DNA of 63,455 nt, filler included, from Thraustochytrium aureum (taxonomy: Eukaryota), in NCBI GenBank assembly GCA_012862495.1. It is 4 parts of 2 records of this genome, joined end to end, with 100 filler letters (N's around TTAATTAATTAA, not from the genome) between each part and the next. Parts side by side here need not be neighbours in the genome. Positions count along the whole stretch, not along the records: positions 21,012 to 40,855 come from BLSG01000410.1; positions 40,956 to 52,219 come from BLSG01000410.1; 2 more parts are not named here. One strand, 5' to 3'. Position 1 is the stretch's first letter, and each line of letters starts with the position of its first letter. The position numbers were made by a program, and so were the translations under genes. The notes beneath the pieces are model-generated. The model made no database searches, had not been told where the DNA came from, and saw only the letters and a list, made by a program, of their open reading frames with translations. Positions 34,787 through 46,963 of the stretch are shown here, in pieces.

Positions 34787-35630
34787 CAAAGTAGACGGTC
34801 CGCGCGGGCTGCGTCACGCCGGAGGCCAGCAAGTCTTCGACGGCCTGCAGCTGCATCAGAACGTTGTGCTTGTTGTCGATGGCCCCTCGCCCCCAGACCG
34901 TCCCGTCTTGGTCGATGTGGCCCGCGAACGGCGGGTGGGTCCACGCGTCTGCGTTCGGGGTGGGGACGACGTCAAGGTGCGCGCAGAGCATGACCGGGGC
35001 CAGCTTCGGGTTGCGGCCCTGCCACTCGAACAACAGCGAGTGCCCGTTCACCACGGTGCGGGACACAAACTTGCTCTTGTGCACTCCAGGAAACGCCGAC
35101 TCGAGGTACTCGCGCAACTCGACCAGCTTGCTCAGGTCCGTGCTGTCGCCGTCCGGGTTGGCCTTGTCCACCGAGACCGTCGCGATTCGCAGCGCGCCTG
35201 CCGTCAGCTCGGCGAGCGCCCTGCGCTTCTCCGCGCTGTAGGGCATCTTGGCCTCGCACAGCTCCATTTTTGGCGCGCCGCTGGTCATCACGAACGTCTT
35301 GCCCAGCATCACGGCGTTGACCAGGAGGACAGACGCCAGAACAGCCAAGCCAACCGGAGCGGCCGAGCTCGACCCGCCCGACAGCAGCGGCAGCGCCACC
35401 ACCGAGCTCCCGCTCAGCAGCACGACCGCGACGACCGCGACGACCAGCGCCGCGTGTCTGCTCAGTTTCAGCAGCGCCTGCAGCGCCTTGTCCACGCCGC
35501 GGGCCCACTGCGTGTCCTCCGCCGCATTGATCGCGTGCGCGCCAAGCGATGGCTCCGGCACGACCTTCTCGTGCGCGGCGCAGGCCCAGCAGGCATGCAG
35601 CCGCGGAGGGCCATCAGCCATCTCGATCAT
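34787..35630 (-). CDS. M20 family metallopeptidase (carboxypeptidase S / PM20D1-like), N-terminal part
   Basis: N-terminal TM helices, VNGHSLLFEWQG, PVMLCAHLDVVP, WTHPPFAG, VWGRGAIDNK, QPARTVYF; the rest is in the gap. Confidence 0.92.
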
Positions 35631-36084
35631 TCCCCCACCCACGATCCGGTGCGCGACTCGAGAGCTCTGCGGGTACCTACCGGTATGCTCTGCTGAGTGA
35701 GAGCCTGCTCTTCGCTATCCGCCTCCGCCTCCGCGCGTCCTCGGGCTTGTCGTCGTCGCNNNNNNNNNNNNNNNNNNNNNNNNNNNNNNNNNNNNNNNNN
35801 NNNNNNNNNNNNNNNNNNNNNNNNNNNNNNNNNNNNNNNNNNNNNNNNNNNNNNNNNNNNNNNNNNNNNNNNNNNNNNNNNNNNNNNNNNNNNNNNNNNN
35901 NNNNNNNNNNNNNNNNNNNNNNNNNNNNNNNNNNNNNNNNNNNNNNNNNNNNNNNNNNNNNNNNNNNNNNNNNNNNNNNNNNNNNNNNNNNNNNNNNNNN
36001 NNNNNNNNNNNNNNNNNNNNNNNNNNNNNNNNNNNNNNNNNNNNNNNNNNNNNNNNNNNNACGTCCCTCGAATTCGGCCTGCGC

Positions 36085-36117
36085 GAATTTGCGACGAATT
36101 TGCGACGAATTTGCGAC
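36085..36117. repeat. 11-bp tandem repeat (GAATTTGCGAC)x3
   Basis: Directly visible near the gap edge. Confidence 0.9.
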
Positions 36118-36410
36118 TCGAGCACCGTGATGGACGTCGTCGCGACGGTGGCCCGAGCCACTGCTGTCGCCGTCCTGATTCCATCCATGCCGCCGCCAGC
36201 AAGCATGGCCTGCATGGCGAGCATGGCCGAACAATCGACGACTCGTCGTGCCGGGCCGGCCTGTCGGACTCGAAGGCAGCGCGCTCGTTGGGATGGTCTG
36301 GTGTTGGAACGACGGTCCTCGTCACGATGGCCGCGCGGTTTCGTGCGGTCGCGCGACGATGGAGTGGCATGTGGACGGACATCGTCGAGGAGTACGCACT
36401 TTGGCGCGCA

Positions 36411-36906
36411 AATCCTCGTGGCGCGCGTTGGCCTCATCATGATCATCATCTTCAGGACACTTTGCGCGCAGACAGCACGAAAGAACGAACGCATGTCGCT
36501 CGAAGGCCCTGCACGTACTTATGGGCGAGAGGGATAGCGTGAGTGACAAGTTGTGGTGACGAGAGTGCGATCATGAGCTAAACCATGTCCGGACTCCAAA
36601 ATGAATCCGGACACCCATGGGAACTCCTCGTTGGGCGCCGCGCTGCCTCATCATGATCATCATCATCAGGACACTCTGCGCGCAGACAGCACGAAAGAAC
36701 GAACGCATGTCGCTCGAAGGCCCTGCACGTATGAGCGAGAGGGATTGCGTGACAAGTGGTGGTGGAGCACCTTGGACCGCACAAGTCGTGAAGCGCGCTC
36801 GCCGCAAGCCAGCCAGCCAGCCTACCTGCCTGACAAGAGTACGATCATGAGCTAAGCTAAACCATGTCCGGACTCCAAAATGAATCCGGACACCCATGGA
36901 ACTCAT
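36411..36906. repeat. Imperfect tandem duplication of a ~215-bp non-coding unit (second copy has a ~65-bp insertion)
   Basis: GCCTCATCATGATCATCATC..GACAGCACGAAAGAACGAACGCATGTCGCTCGAAGGCCCTGCACGTA at 36431 and 36645; CCATGTCCGGACTCCAAAATGAATCCGGACACCCATGG at 36583 and 36862. Confidence 0.92.
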
Positions 36907-37192
36907 CACTTTGCTGATGATGAGTAGAGTAAGTAGTACTCTACTGAGTGAGTGTACTGAGTACCTCCACCATCATTGCTGGCGGTAGCGTTGGCAGCCC
37001 CAGATTGTCAAATAGGAGTGCACTCAATTCTCCTCCTCGTGCCTGGCCGATGATGGCCCAACACCTTTGGTCTCTTCGTTGGATGGAGCAACAGTGTTGA
37101 ATGCCAAAAGCAACGAGCTGTGGCCAAAGCCGCTGCAGAGCCGCAACGACTCGAGCTTGTGGATAGGAGAGCGCGAAACACAGCCAAGCAAG

Positions 37193-38285
37193 ATGAGATT
37201 CACAGTCGCCGCAACCTGCTTCCTTCTGGTCATACAGACCGCGTCTCCGAGCCGCACTGCGCGGCGCCCACAACATCTGCCGCAACAGCCTGCTCGCGCG
37301 TGTCCTACAAAAGTGCCGAACCAACGTCGTCGTGTTCGGGGACAGCGTGAGCGACACCGGCTTCGCCAATGCGGCCACAAGCTTTGTCTCCATCCAGGCT
37401 CAAGCCGCTGGACTGGAGAACGAGCCGCGCCCCGACCTGTTCTTTGAGTCTTCGTTTGCAAACAAACGAGGAAGCTGGAACCGGCAACTCGCAGACGCAA
37501 CCTGGTCCAACGTCTACTCGTACGCCCACGGCAGGGCGCGCGCTATGGAAGATGCCGTGTTCACAGAGTTTTGCGAGCCCGAGGACGCCGCTGACGACAG
37601 CCAGTGCGCGACTAGGTTCCCCGGCGCCATGTCGCAGGTCGAAATGTTCAGGCGCGACAACATCAAGTTGAAGAATGGCGACGTCGTCGCCTTTGCCCTT
37701 GGAGCGAACGACATCCAAGCATTTTTTGCGCAGTTGAGGGCTGACCAGGTAACGGACCCAAACATGATCATCGAGCGCGTACCGCTTCTGGTGCAGGGTG
37801 TGATGACTTCTATCGGCGCAGCAATCGCCAGAGTTCGAGAAGTCGTTGGTGGAAGCGTCTCGCTGCGCTTCGTCGTTTTCAACCTCCCCGCTCGTGTCGA
37901 GGCGCCTGTTATGCAAGCCTATCCTGAGGAGACGCGAGCCCTCATCACATCCATCATTTCCGGAATGAACGCAGCGTTTGACGCCCTGACTACGTCTATG
38001 GACGACGTTGAACTTTTCGACCTGGATTCTGCCATCTACAATCACGCCGAAACGACCACTGCCACTCTCCAAGGCTCGTGCGGTGGAAGCACCTCGGTGT
38101 GCAACCCCGTTTCCTGTCCCAACGCGTGCACTAACCCGAACGACTATTTCTTCATCGACGACCTTCACGTCACAGCGCCTGTTCATGCCGCCATTCTCGA
38201 AGCGTTCGTGGCAAGCGTCGGCGGATTCCGCGAGTGCATCCCAAGCCTTCGCTTTCTCGGTGTGTGCGTCAAGCCCTTCCAGTAG
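37193..38285 (+). CDS. Secreted SGNH/GDSL lipase-esterase (apparent frameshift in 5' part)
   Basis: Signal-like MRFTVAATCFLLVIQTA; block I VVVFGDSVSDTG; block III FALGANDI; VFNLP; block V YFFIDDLHVT. Confidence 0.88.
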
Positions 38286-38771
38286 GGGTCTGCATTGGCG
38301 TCAAGTCCCGCACGTGGACGGCATCAAAAACGCGAAGGCGATGGCTTCGAGACGCAAAATGACATGATCTTCTGATCTTCTATAATAGAACTATAAATAA
38401 ATCCGACCCGCGTGGGAAGGCGCTCTGAAACTCGGGCCTGCCAGCGATGAACTGGTCCTTGCCAGCTGTCAACTCCGCGTTGTTGAGAATCAACAGCGAA
38501 AGTGTTGCAACTCTGAACAGCCAGAGAAGGAACATGCGTGGCACGTTTGCGGAACAGTTGGGGATCGCGCGGACAATTCCGACGAGCACCAACACCCATG
38601 TCTATTTTACTTTGGCATGATCGGCCCAACGATGCGTGCGCCACGGCCGGCAACGAGATTGCTTGCGCAGACCCCAATCGAGCCGCAACATCTTGAACAG
38701 CTCGCCTTCTCCGCGTTTTCCTTCCAAGCAGCCGTCGCAGACGCCTGAGCAAGCCAAGAAGGCAAAACGCT

Positions 38772-40692
38772 ATGACGACAGCGAGCGCCCGCTCCGTGCT
38801 GCTCAGCCGCAACGCGAAGCTCGCTGAGCACGTGAGCGTGTTCAAGCGCAACCGCGACCAGTATGAAGCCACTGCGCGAGACCTCGTCGACAAAAAGACG
38901 GCGTTTGCGAGCTCCGCAAAAGTTCGCGCCGCCGCGCTCTGCTGGCGGGTCGGCAAGCGTGACACAACGGAAAAGCTGCTGGAGGCCATGAACGTGAGCG
39001 AAGTGCTTAGCCTCGTCAAACTTCTGGACGTCGACCGCCAACTGCGCGCGCTTGACCGCAAAGCCGCCAAGTGCTCCACGAAGCGACGCAAGGGCACCTT
39101 GAAAGCCGCCCGGGACCGACTCGAGCGCGAGGCCATCCCCATGCCCGGCGTTTCGGCAACGAAATCGCTCATGAAGCGCGTCAAGCGGTGGACCAAGCGC
39201 ATCCCAGCCGACACGCTCGAGTTTTTCTTGNNNNNNNNNNNNNNNNNNNNNNNNNNNNNNNNNNNNNNNNNNNNNNNNNNNNNNNNNNNNNNNNNNNNNN
39301 NNNNNNNNNNNNNNNNNNNNNNNNNNNNNNNNNNNNNNNNNNNNNNNNNNNNNNNNNNNNNNNNNNNNNNNNNNNNNNNNNNNNNNNNNNNNNNNNNNNN
39401 NNNNNNNNNNGAACCTGCAATACGCAGGCCGAGCTGCAGAGCGCCATCAGGGAGAACCCAAAGCTGAAAAGTTGCTACAGCGTGCTCCGCACCAAGTACA
39501 AGAAGCACCTCACCCCAGGCGTCCGCGCCGAGCTGGCCAAGGGCATGCCCCTCGTGGAGCTGATCTGGTGGTACGAGGAGGTCGAGTTCCCCGGGCTCGA
39601 CAAGCTCATCAGCGAGCGCATGGCCAACGGCGAAAGCGTGCACGACGAAACCGGCAAGGGCCGCGACGAGTTTGGCAAGCTCATGGAGCGCCTCTTGCTC
39701 CTGCGCAAGCGCAAGGCCAGCTTTGTCGCCCAACTCTGTGAGTTCGCGGACGCGCAGCTCGAGGCCATCCGGATCCCAACCCGAAAACGGTTGCTGTTCT
39801 TGGAGACGCCTCCTCGTCCATGCAAGTCGCGGTGGAGAGCGCGGCCATCATCGGCTCGGTCGTGTGCTCGTGCCTCAGCGGCACTCTGCGCTTCTTCTCG
39901 GGCAAGGACTTCAAGCCGCGAGTCCAGCCGCGCTCCGTGGCCGACATCCTCGCTGTCACCGACGAGGTGCGCGCTTCTGGCTCGACGGCGCCAGCGGCTT
40001 CGCTCTTGCCTTACCTGCGCGAGAAGAAGCCGGTCGACCTCTTCATCGTCGTCACGGACGAAGAGGAGAACACCTCGGCGAGCGGGGCGTGGCTGGGCGG
40101 GAACAGGAACTGCCAAAGCGGGTCCAGTGGCGGCAAGTCTTTCGCCGCGCTCTTCAAGGAGTACATCGAGGAGGTTTACAGCCAGGCCCAGGTCGTCTTT
40201 GTCTCGTTCCTCGCGGACACCAGAGTCAAGGGCCAGATGATGGACGACATGGAGGCGATCGGCCTCGCGGAAAAGTGCACCCAGTTTCGCTTCAGCCCAA
40301 CGCGGCCAGACCTGTCCAAGCTGCACCAGCTCCTCGGCTTGCTCGCTCTCGAAGCTGAACAAGCTCGCGATGAGCCGGAGACGCAGCCAGGCGCTGAAGA
40401 GGGTGTCTTCGTCACGGACGCAGACGGCGACGTGCCTCTCTTTTGCGCAGATGGGACGGTCACGGTGACAACGACCCAGGCGGAGGCTGTCAAAAACGCA
40501 TTCGTGGACCTTGACACGATCTCGATCGCCACGCTCCGAGCGGCCCTGCCCAAACTGCGCATCTCGGCCAAGAAGCGCGGCGAGGCCGACGAAGACGACC
40601 GCGATGTTGACTGCGACGCCGTCTCGGTCATGACCGGCAACACAGGCTGGAGCATCGTCGACAACGTCGCGCCGCCGTCCCACGGACTCTAA
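38772..40692 (+). CDS. Helical (TROVE/Ro60-like) region plus vWA-domain protein (gap; frameshift near 39785)
   Basis: The frame upstream of 39820 reads VAVLGDASSSMQVAV (MIDAS DxSxS), then GSTAPAASLLPY and VDLFIVVTDEEEN, similar to the Ro60 vWA motifs GGT.. and DVFIVFTD.E. The N-terminal half is basic and helical. Confidence 0.65.
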
Positions 40693-40899
40693 GTCAACCA
40701 CGCGCACCACGCTGGCGCAGGCCATCGCCCAAGCTCTCTCCTATAAAATACGAACGAACGCCACATTCACAATCGCGAGTAAGTCCCGATTCAGCAGCGT
40801 CGCCGAGTCTCCCGCCGCGCCCTGCACCTTGCCGTCCTCGCAGACGTGCACGTTGNNNNNNNNNNNNNNNNNNNNNNNNNNNNNNNNNNNNNNNNNNNN

Positions 40900-40911
40900 T
40901 TAATTAATTAA
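40900..40911. other. Artificial contig linker TTAATTAATTAA
   Basis: Same N-flanked cassette as at 20956. Confidence 0.97.
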
Positions 40912-40955
40912 NNNNNNNNNNNNNNNNNNNNNNNNNNNNNNNNNNNNNNNNNNNN

Positions 40956-43900
40956 TGGCGTCCTTCCTGGAGCAGCTCGCTACAGACGTACCGGCCCTCG
41001 TCATGTCCAACTTGAGCGTGGTCGTCCCCCACCTGAACGCCCAGGCCTACCCTCTACGTTGCGCCATCGTGAAGGCCCTCGGGGCCCTGGCCGGTCACCT
41101 TAAAGGCGCGCAGGGAAAAGCCGCAGAGGGCGGGGCCGCCGAGGAGTCTGCAGACACCAAAGACACACGTGACCGGATCCTCGACCTCATCGGCGAGCGG
41201 TGCCACGACGTGAGCTCGTACGTGCGCGCTGCCGCTGTGAGCGTGTTTGGCGAGTTGGCCGAGTCTAGCTCGCTGCCGCTCTCGCACATCCATGTGGCGT
41301 GCGACATCGCCAGCGAGCGGCTGCTTGACAAGTCGTCCCTCGTCAGGAAGCAGGCCATCGCCTGCCTTGCCGCGCTGCTTGAGAACAACCCGTACAGCGA
41401 GCGACTCGAGCCAGCTTTCTTCCGCGAAAAGGTCCTGGAACTGCAGCGTGGCTTGCCGGGCGGTCTCGCTGAGGCCGAGCCCGAGGCAAGCCCCTCGCCC
41501 AGCGTCAAGGTGCAAAAGTCCAAGAAGGCCAAGGGTTCTGGGAGAAAGCTGCGCGCCGAAAACGAGCAAGACCGATCCGATCGCGACGACGACGACGACG
41601 AGGACGACGAGGAGGAGGAGGACGAGGACGAGGAGGAGGTCGAGGTGGGCGAGGCAAATAGCGACCAGTCCGAGGCCAACACGCCCGCCTCTGAGCAGCA
41701 GCAAGTCGGCGAAGACGACGACGAGGCGCGGCCAGACCCGAAGATAGTAGCCGCTTTGCGGTACTACAAGAGCGCGCTGGGATTCGCAGCCCGCATCGAG
41801 CACGCCTGCTCGCAGGCGGAGCAACTCGTTGTCTCAAAGTCGACGACGGACGTGCTTGAATCGATGCGGTTCTTGACAACGGCGCTGCGATTCAAGCTGC
41901 CCGCTGCAGTTGACTCGATGCACAAGATGCTCGCCTTGGTCTGGGACGATCGCGAGTCGGGGCGCGTCAAGAAGGAGCTCTTGGAGACCTTCGAGCTGAT
42001 CTTCATCTCCGAGCCCGTGCAGGTCGGCCGGACCACCAAGCGCAAGCTCTACCCGGAGGACGCCATTGCAAGCAACCTCGTCGACCTCGTTCTGCACTCG
42101 ACCCTCTCCGAGCTGACAAGCCTGGAGAAGATAATAACCGAGCTTGTGTCTCCCAACGAGACCCTCGGGCGCCTCGTTCTGCCAACTGTGGTCATCGAGC
42201 GCGTTTGGGANNNNNNNNNNNNNNNNNNNNNNNNNNNNNNNNNNNNNNNNNNNNNNNNNNNNNNNNNNNNNNNNNNNNNNNNNNNNNNNNNNNNNNNNNN
42301 NNNNNNNNNNNNNNNNNNNNNNNNNNNNNNNNNNNNNNNNNNNNNNNNNNNNNNNNNNNNNNNNNNNNNNNNNNNNNNNNNNNNNNNNNNNNNNNNNNNN
42401 NNNNNNNNNNNNNNNNNNNNNNNNNNNNNNNNNNNNNNNNNNNNNNNNNNNNNNNNNNNNNNNNNNNGGAAGCGTGCCGCGAGGTCCCAACTGATGCTCC
42501 CGCCGGGTCGGCGCAACGCAGGCACGCTTGCATGTGCCTGGTCGCGATGGCCACGTCGGCCTCCTGCACGCTGTTTGAGCGCAAGCCGAGCAATGTCGCT
42601 CTCCTTATCGACAAAGTGCTGGCACAAACTGACGACCACGAGCTAGCACGATATGCGCTGCTGACCCTGCGCAGGGTAGTTGCCGCTGGCGCCTGCCCCG
42701 CCGCACAGCTCGAGGCGCGAGTGGAGCCAATCGTCTCGGCGCTCCTCGCCTCGACCGACCCGGTCGCTGGTCAGCGGGCGTGGTTCCCAGCCGCCGAGCA
42801 GGGCGTCCAGCTTCTTGTGCAGTGCAGCGATCGGCCCGACCTGGCTTGCGCTCGCCTCGTTCGTGGCTTGCACAAGCAAATCCTGGGCCCGGCGGCGGAC
42901 GACGCCCCCAGAGAGAGCGATTTGGCCCGCCTCTTCTTCGTGGTGGGTCACGTCGCCGTGCAGCTCTTTGTCCACGCCGAGCAGACATGCGCTCTGGCAA
43001 AGGTGCAACGAAAGGGGCGCGAGGATGCCAAGGTAGTGTTGGGCATGTCCAAGGCCGAGCAAGAGGAGATGGCCATGCTCGGCGCCGGGAGCGAGTCGAC
43101 AGACGAGTACGAAGAGGGCGTTCTCCGGCGGATCGCAGAGGTCGAGCTCGTTGCGGAGGGCCGCGAGTCGTTGCTGGGCACATACATTCCAATCATGGTG
43201 CAAGTCGCCAAGCGCGGGCTTGAGGCGGCCAGGCGCGCCCGGGCCGCCAACAACCCAGAGGTTGACGGGGACGAACCGGCCGCGGACGCGGTCGGCGAGG
43301 CTCAGCCCGTGGGAGAAATGCTCATGGAGTCGGCCACGCTCGGGCTCTGCAAAGTGATGTGTATCAGCAATGCGACTTGCGAGCGCCACCTTCGCCTCAT
43401 GCTGACCGTCCTGCGCGACTCGCCCAACCCCAACGTCCGCAGCAACATCATGATTGCGTTGGGCGACCTGGCTGTGCGGTTTCCGAACACCATCGAGCCT
43501 TTCACGTCCCAGGTTTATCGGCGGCTCCGCGACCCGCACGCAGGGGTGCGCAAGACGTCGCTCATGGTGCTGAGCCATCTCATCTTGAATGACATGATCA
43601 AGGTGCGGGGGGAGGTAAGCGAGATTGCAGTGTGCCTCGAGGACAGCGAGAGCGAGCGGATCCGCGATCTGGCCTGCCTTTTCTTCCACGAGCTTTCGCG
43701 CAAAGGCTCCAACCCGGTCTACAACCTTCTGCCGGACACGCTCAACAAGCTGAGCATCGACCCAAGCGTGCCTCAGGCAACGTTTGAGCGCATCGCCAAG
43801 TTTCTGCTGCAATTCATCACGCTTGACAAGCACCTGCAGTCGATCACGGAGAAGCTATGCCAGCGGATTTTTTCGGCAACGGGGCTCACCGCTGGCGCGG

Positions 43901-44331
43901 AGGAGGTCGAGTCGCTTTCGGCAGTCAAGGACCTCAAGCTGTGTCAAGACCTGGCTTTTTGCTTGGCGCACCTCAAGCTGTCAGACCGCGCTGTCGTCAA
44001 ACTCAGCGACCCCTTGTTCAAACTGTACCAGCCTGTGCTCGCAGATGACAAGGTGTACGACTCGCTGCAAGCCGTTCTGCGACGGGCGCGACAGCACGGC
44101 AAGCCCGAAACCAAGCAGCTCGTCGAGGACTGGGCCGCGCGCATCGAGACTGCCCGAGGCCTTCAGCTTTCCAACCACGCCACGACCAATAAGGCTAGCA
44201 AGAGTAAAGCACGGGCCGGAAAGGGAAGCAGGGCCAAGCGAGCGCCCGCTCCCAAATCGGGCGTCGCGCGCCGGTCCGCTAGGGCCGTCAAGGAGAAGGA
44301 AAACTATGCAGAGAACGAGGACGACGAGTAG
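40956..44331 (+). CDS. NCAPD2: Condensin I HEAT subunit CAP-D2/Cnd1 (5' partial, gapped)
   Basis: ERCHDVSSYVR, RLLDKSSLVRKQAI..LLENNPY, SKSTTDVLE, KMLALVW; Cnd1 domain LCKVMCIS..VRSNIMIALGDLAVRFPN..VRKTSLMVLSHLILNDMIKVRG..LFFHELSRKGSNPVYNLLPD. Confidence 0.95.
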
Positions 44332-45280
44332 GACTGGCTCGTTGTACGTGCGATCGACTGCTCATGTTTCTGAGTTTCATACTGAATGCGTGCCGAGGAC
44401 TCCAAATCAGCGCCGTGACCCTGATCGTCGCCCAAATCAGCGCGGTGACCCTACTAGTAGCGTTCGCTGATCGTCGAATGTTGTTGTCGCTGTTTTCCTG
44501 CGAAAGGCAATGAGATTGATTGTTGAAAACGTTCCCTGTCAACAGCGGAAGTCTACCTTTCGTCAAGCGCTTCGCAATCTTCAGAGTTTTGTTTGTAAGT
44601 CTGGTTCCTTCGGGNNNNNNNNNNNNNNNNNNNNNNNNNNNNNNNNNNNNNNNNNNNNNNNNNNNNNNNNNNNNNNNNNNNNNNNNNNNNNNNNNNNNNN
44701 NNNNNNNNNNNNNNNNNNNNNNNNNNNNNNNNNNNNNNNNNNNNNNNNNNNNNNNNNNNNNNNNNNNNNNNNNNNNNNNNNNNNNNNNNNNNNNNNNNNN
44801 NNNNNNNNNNNNNNNNNGGGGCTCCTCAGCACGCGGCCTCCGCTGCGCGCAGCGATGTGCCGTCGTCACAGGCTGCCGCAGGAGGCAGTCTCAAGCTCTC
44901 TATAGCTAGCTACTAGAGAGAGAGAGTCTTTAGCGTCTTCACCCAGAATGCAGCACATCGGATGGATTAAATCCAATCGAAAACGAAGCATTGATTGGCC
45001 GCCAATTCCCGGAGGCGCCGTCAGTTCTGGACCGAGCGTGCGCTTTCGCGTCCGCGCGGCTGGTTCTTGCGGCGCGGGGCACTGACTGGTGCGAGCTTGC
45101 AACCATGCCTCTAGGCCACGGCGAGAAGCGGGGCACTAGCTCGCGAAGAGAAGCCAACCCTCCGCAAACGCCACACCCCTTGGTGCATCCAGCGAGCCCG
45201 TGACGTTTTCGCATGTCGTGAGCTTTCGCCTCGAACACATCAGCAAGATCCCACCAGGGCTGTTCTGAAGATCGACCTTC

Positions 45281-46963
45281 TCAGGACGAGTTGAGGGATT
45301 GGCGGCGGCTGGCGACATGGCGAAGAAGCGGCGCAAGAGCTTCGACAAGCTTGCCCGTGTCAATCTCGGTGTATTCGCCGAAAGAGTCCCTGCGCTGGCC
45401 TTGCGGAAACCTGTCGTTCGTCCAGCTCGAGTACGCCAAGCCTCGCAACCTGGCAAAGCGGCGAAAGCAGCGCCAGCCCATTTTGGGCCTGGGCCAAAGC
45501 TCGAGGAGCGCCCCTTGCGGTGGGAGCCACAGCACGTGGCCGAGGCCGGCACCGTGCATCCCCAACAGCACTTCCGCGTTGTTCACCGTTCGGATCTGGT
45601 CCTCAAGAGATAGCTTGGAGAAATCGACACGTTCCACGATGACGTTGGGCACCGCCGAGACGGTGGCGAGTACTTGGTCTTCGTTGTCCATTTGCCGTTG
45701 GATGAATCGCTGTTTTCCATTGACCTTGTAGGAACGTCGCGACACAAGCAAAATGCGGATCGGCCCCGTCAAGGCCCCAGTTTTCCAGCCTCCGGCCACA
45801 ACCGTCACGATGTGTTGCGCGAAGCGCTTGTACTCGGCAACGCCGTCCGAGCTGCTGCACACCTCGTCCTCATCGAGCTGTCGGTACAAGAGCGAGGTAT
45901 AGCCAGGCGGCACAAACGCCGCGTTGGCAATGACGAGCGGCACGGTCGCATCGAGCTCATGGAGTCGGCGCAGCGCGGCGCCTGTGAAAAGCAGAGACCA
46001 AAAGAGGTCCAAGGGACTTGGTTCATGGGCATCCAGAAAGACCACGTTCGTCCGCTCTAGCGTTCCTCCGAGAACTGCCACGGTGAAATAGGCGTTCAGC
46101 AAGTCCGTCAGCGTGTGGAAGATGTTGCGATGCTCGCCATATTCGCGCGTTACCAGCAACGTGAGTTGGTCCGCGTAGGCGTCGCGGGTTGCTCGTAGAG
46201 CATTGGGTGCGCCACTTTGCGGGCAGCTAAACGAGCTGAAGACATCTCGAAGGTGATCCCTGGGAAACTGGTCCTCCGTGAAGGCGACGAGTCGCTGGCA
46301 CGACTTTGTGCTGGTGCTGATCGCCCCGAGCTTGTAGTGGAAGAAGGTCATCGATTCGCACATGTAGCCTGGGCGATGCTTTGGACACCGCGCCGGCTGC
46401 ATCAAGGTCCGATCAATCACAATGCTGCTTCCGTTGCACAGCGTATGAGGTCGCGTCACTACCGGCTGCTCGGGCAAGGCCGTAACGCGGCACGTCAGGA
46501 TCGGTTTGCCGCCCTCGTCAGCTACGAAGGGCTGGGCAGTGGCATCCCATCGACGCCACACCGGCAATCCGAACATATCATTGCAAGAGTCACGCCCGCC
46601 ACCGCTTTCAGGATCTGGAGTCAAGGGCTTGTTGCTCAGACGAGTCCGGAGCGCATTCGCAGGCGGCGGCTCGGGGGCGAAGGGCTTGCCCACAGCCTTT
46701 GTTTCAAAGCTAGCCCTCGGCGCAGAAGCCAAGGACTGGTCGCCTGTGCTTGGTTGAAGCGCTTCGACGGCGGCTCGAGCCGGCTGCTCAGGATATCCAA
46801 GCCGGTTCGTCCGCGGCGACAAAGTGTCTTCTCTTGTTGTCCAAAGCGCGTACAGCATGAAGCCCAGCGAGCACACGAGTACGAGTGAGCCAAATAGTCG
46901 CAGGCAAATCTGCTGGCGAGAAAGCGGGCGCCTGTTCTTCGGGCTTGCAGCACGCAGCAGCAT
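45281..46963 (-). CDS. Glycosyltransferase family 61 (EOGT/xylosyltransferase-like), type II membrane protein
   Basis: N-terminal TM; NIFHTLTD; ILLVSRR..RQMDNEDQV; DFSKLSLEDQI..VLLGMHGAGLGHVLWLP..LLEL. Confidence 0.9.
   Translation of the reverse strand: MLLRAASPKNRRPLSRQQICLRLFGSLVLVCSLGFMLYALWTTREDTLSPRTNRLGYPEQPARAAVEALQPSTGDQSLASAPRASFETKAVGKPFAPEPPPANALRTRLSNKPLTPDPESGGGRDSCNDMFGLPVWRRWDATAQPFVADEGGKPILTCRVTALPEQPVVTRPHTLCNGSSIVIDRTLMQPARCPKHRPGYMCESMTFFHYKLGAISTSTKSCQRLVAFTEDQFPRDHLRDVFSSFSCPQSGAPNALRATRDAYADQLTLLVTREYGEHRNIFHTLTDLLNAYFTVAVLGGTLERTNVVFLDAHEPSPLDLFWSLLFTGAALRRLHELDATVPLVIANAAFVPPGYTSLLYRQLDEDEVCSSSDGVAEYKRFAQHIVTVVAGGWKTGALTGPIRILLVSRRSYKVNGKQRFIQRQMDNEDQVLATVSAVPNVIVERVDFSKLSLEDQIRTVNNAEVLLGMHGAGLGHVLWLPPQGALLELWPRPKMGWRCFRRFARLRGLAYSSWTNDRFPQGQRRDSFGEYTEIDTGKLVEALAPLLRHVASRRQSLNSS

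Noticed and set aside
44402..44452. 21-bp direct repeat CCAAATCAGCGC(C/G)GTGACCCT x2 downstream of NCAPD2
   Set aside because: A simple local duplication in a 3' flank with no further structure.
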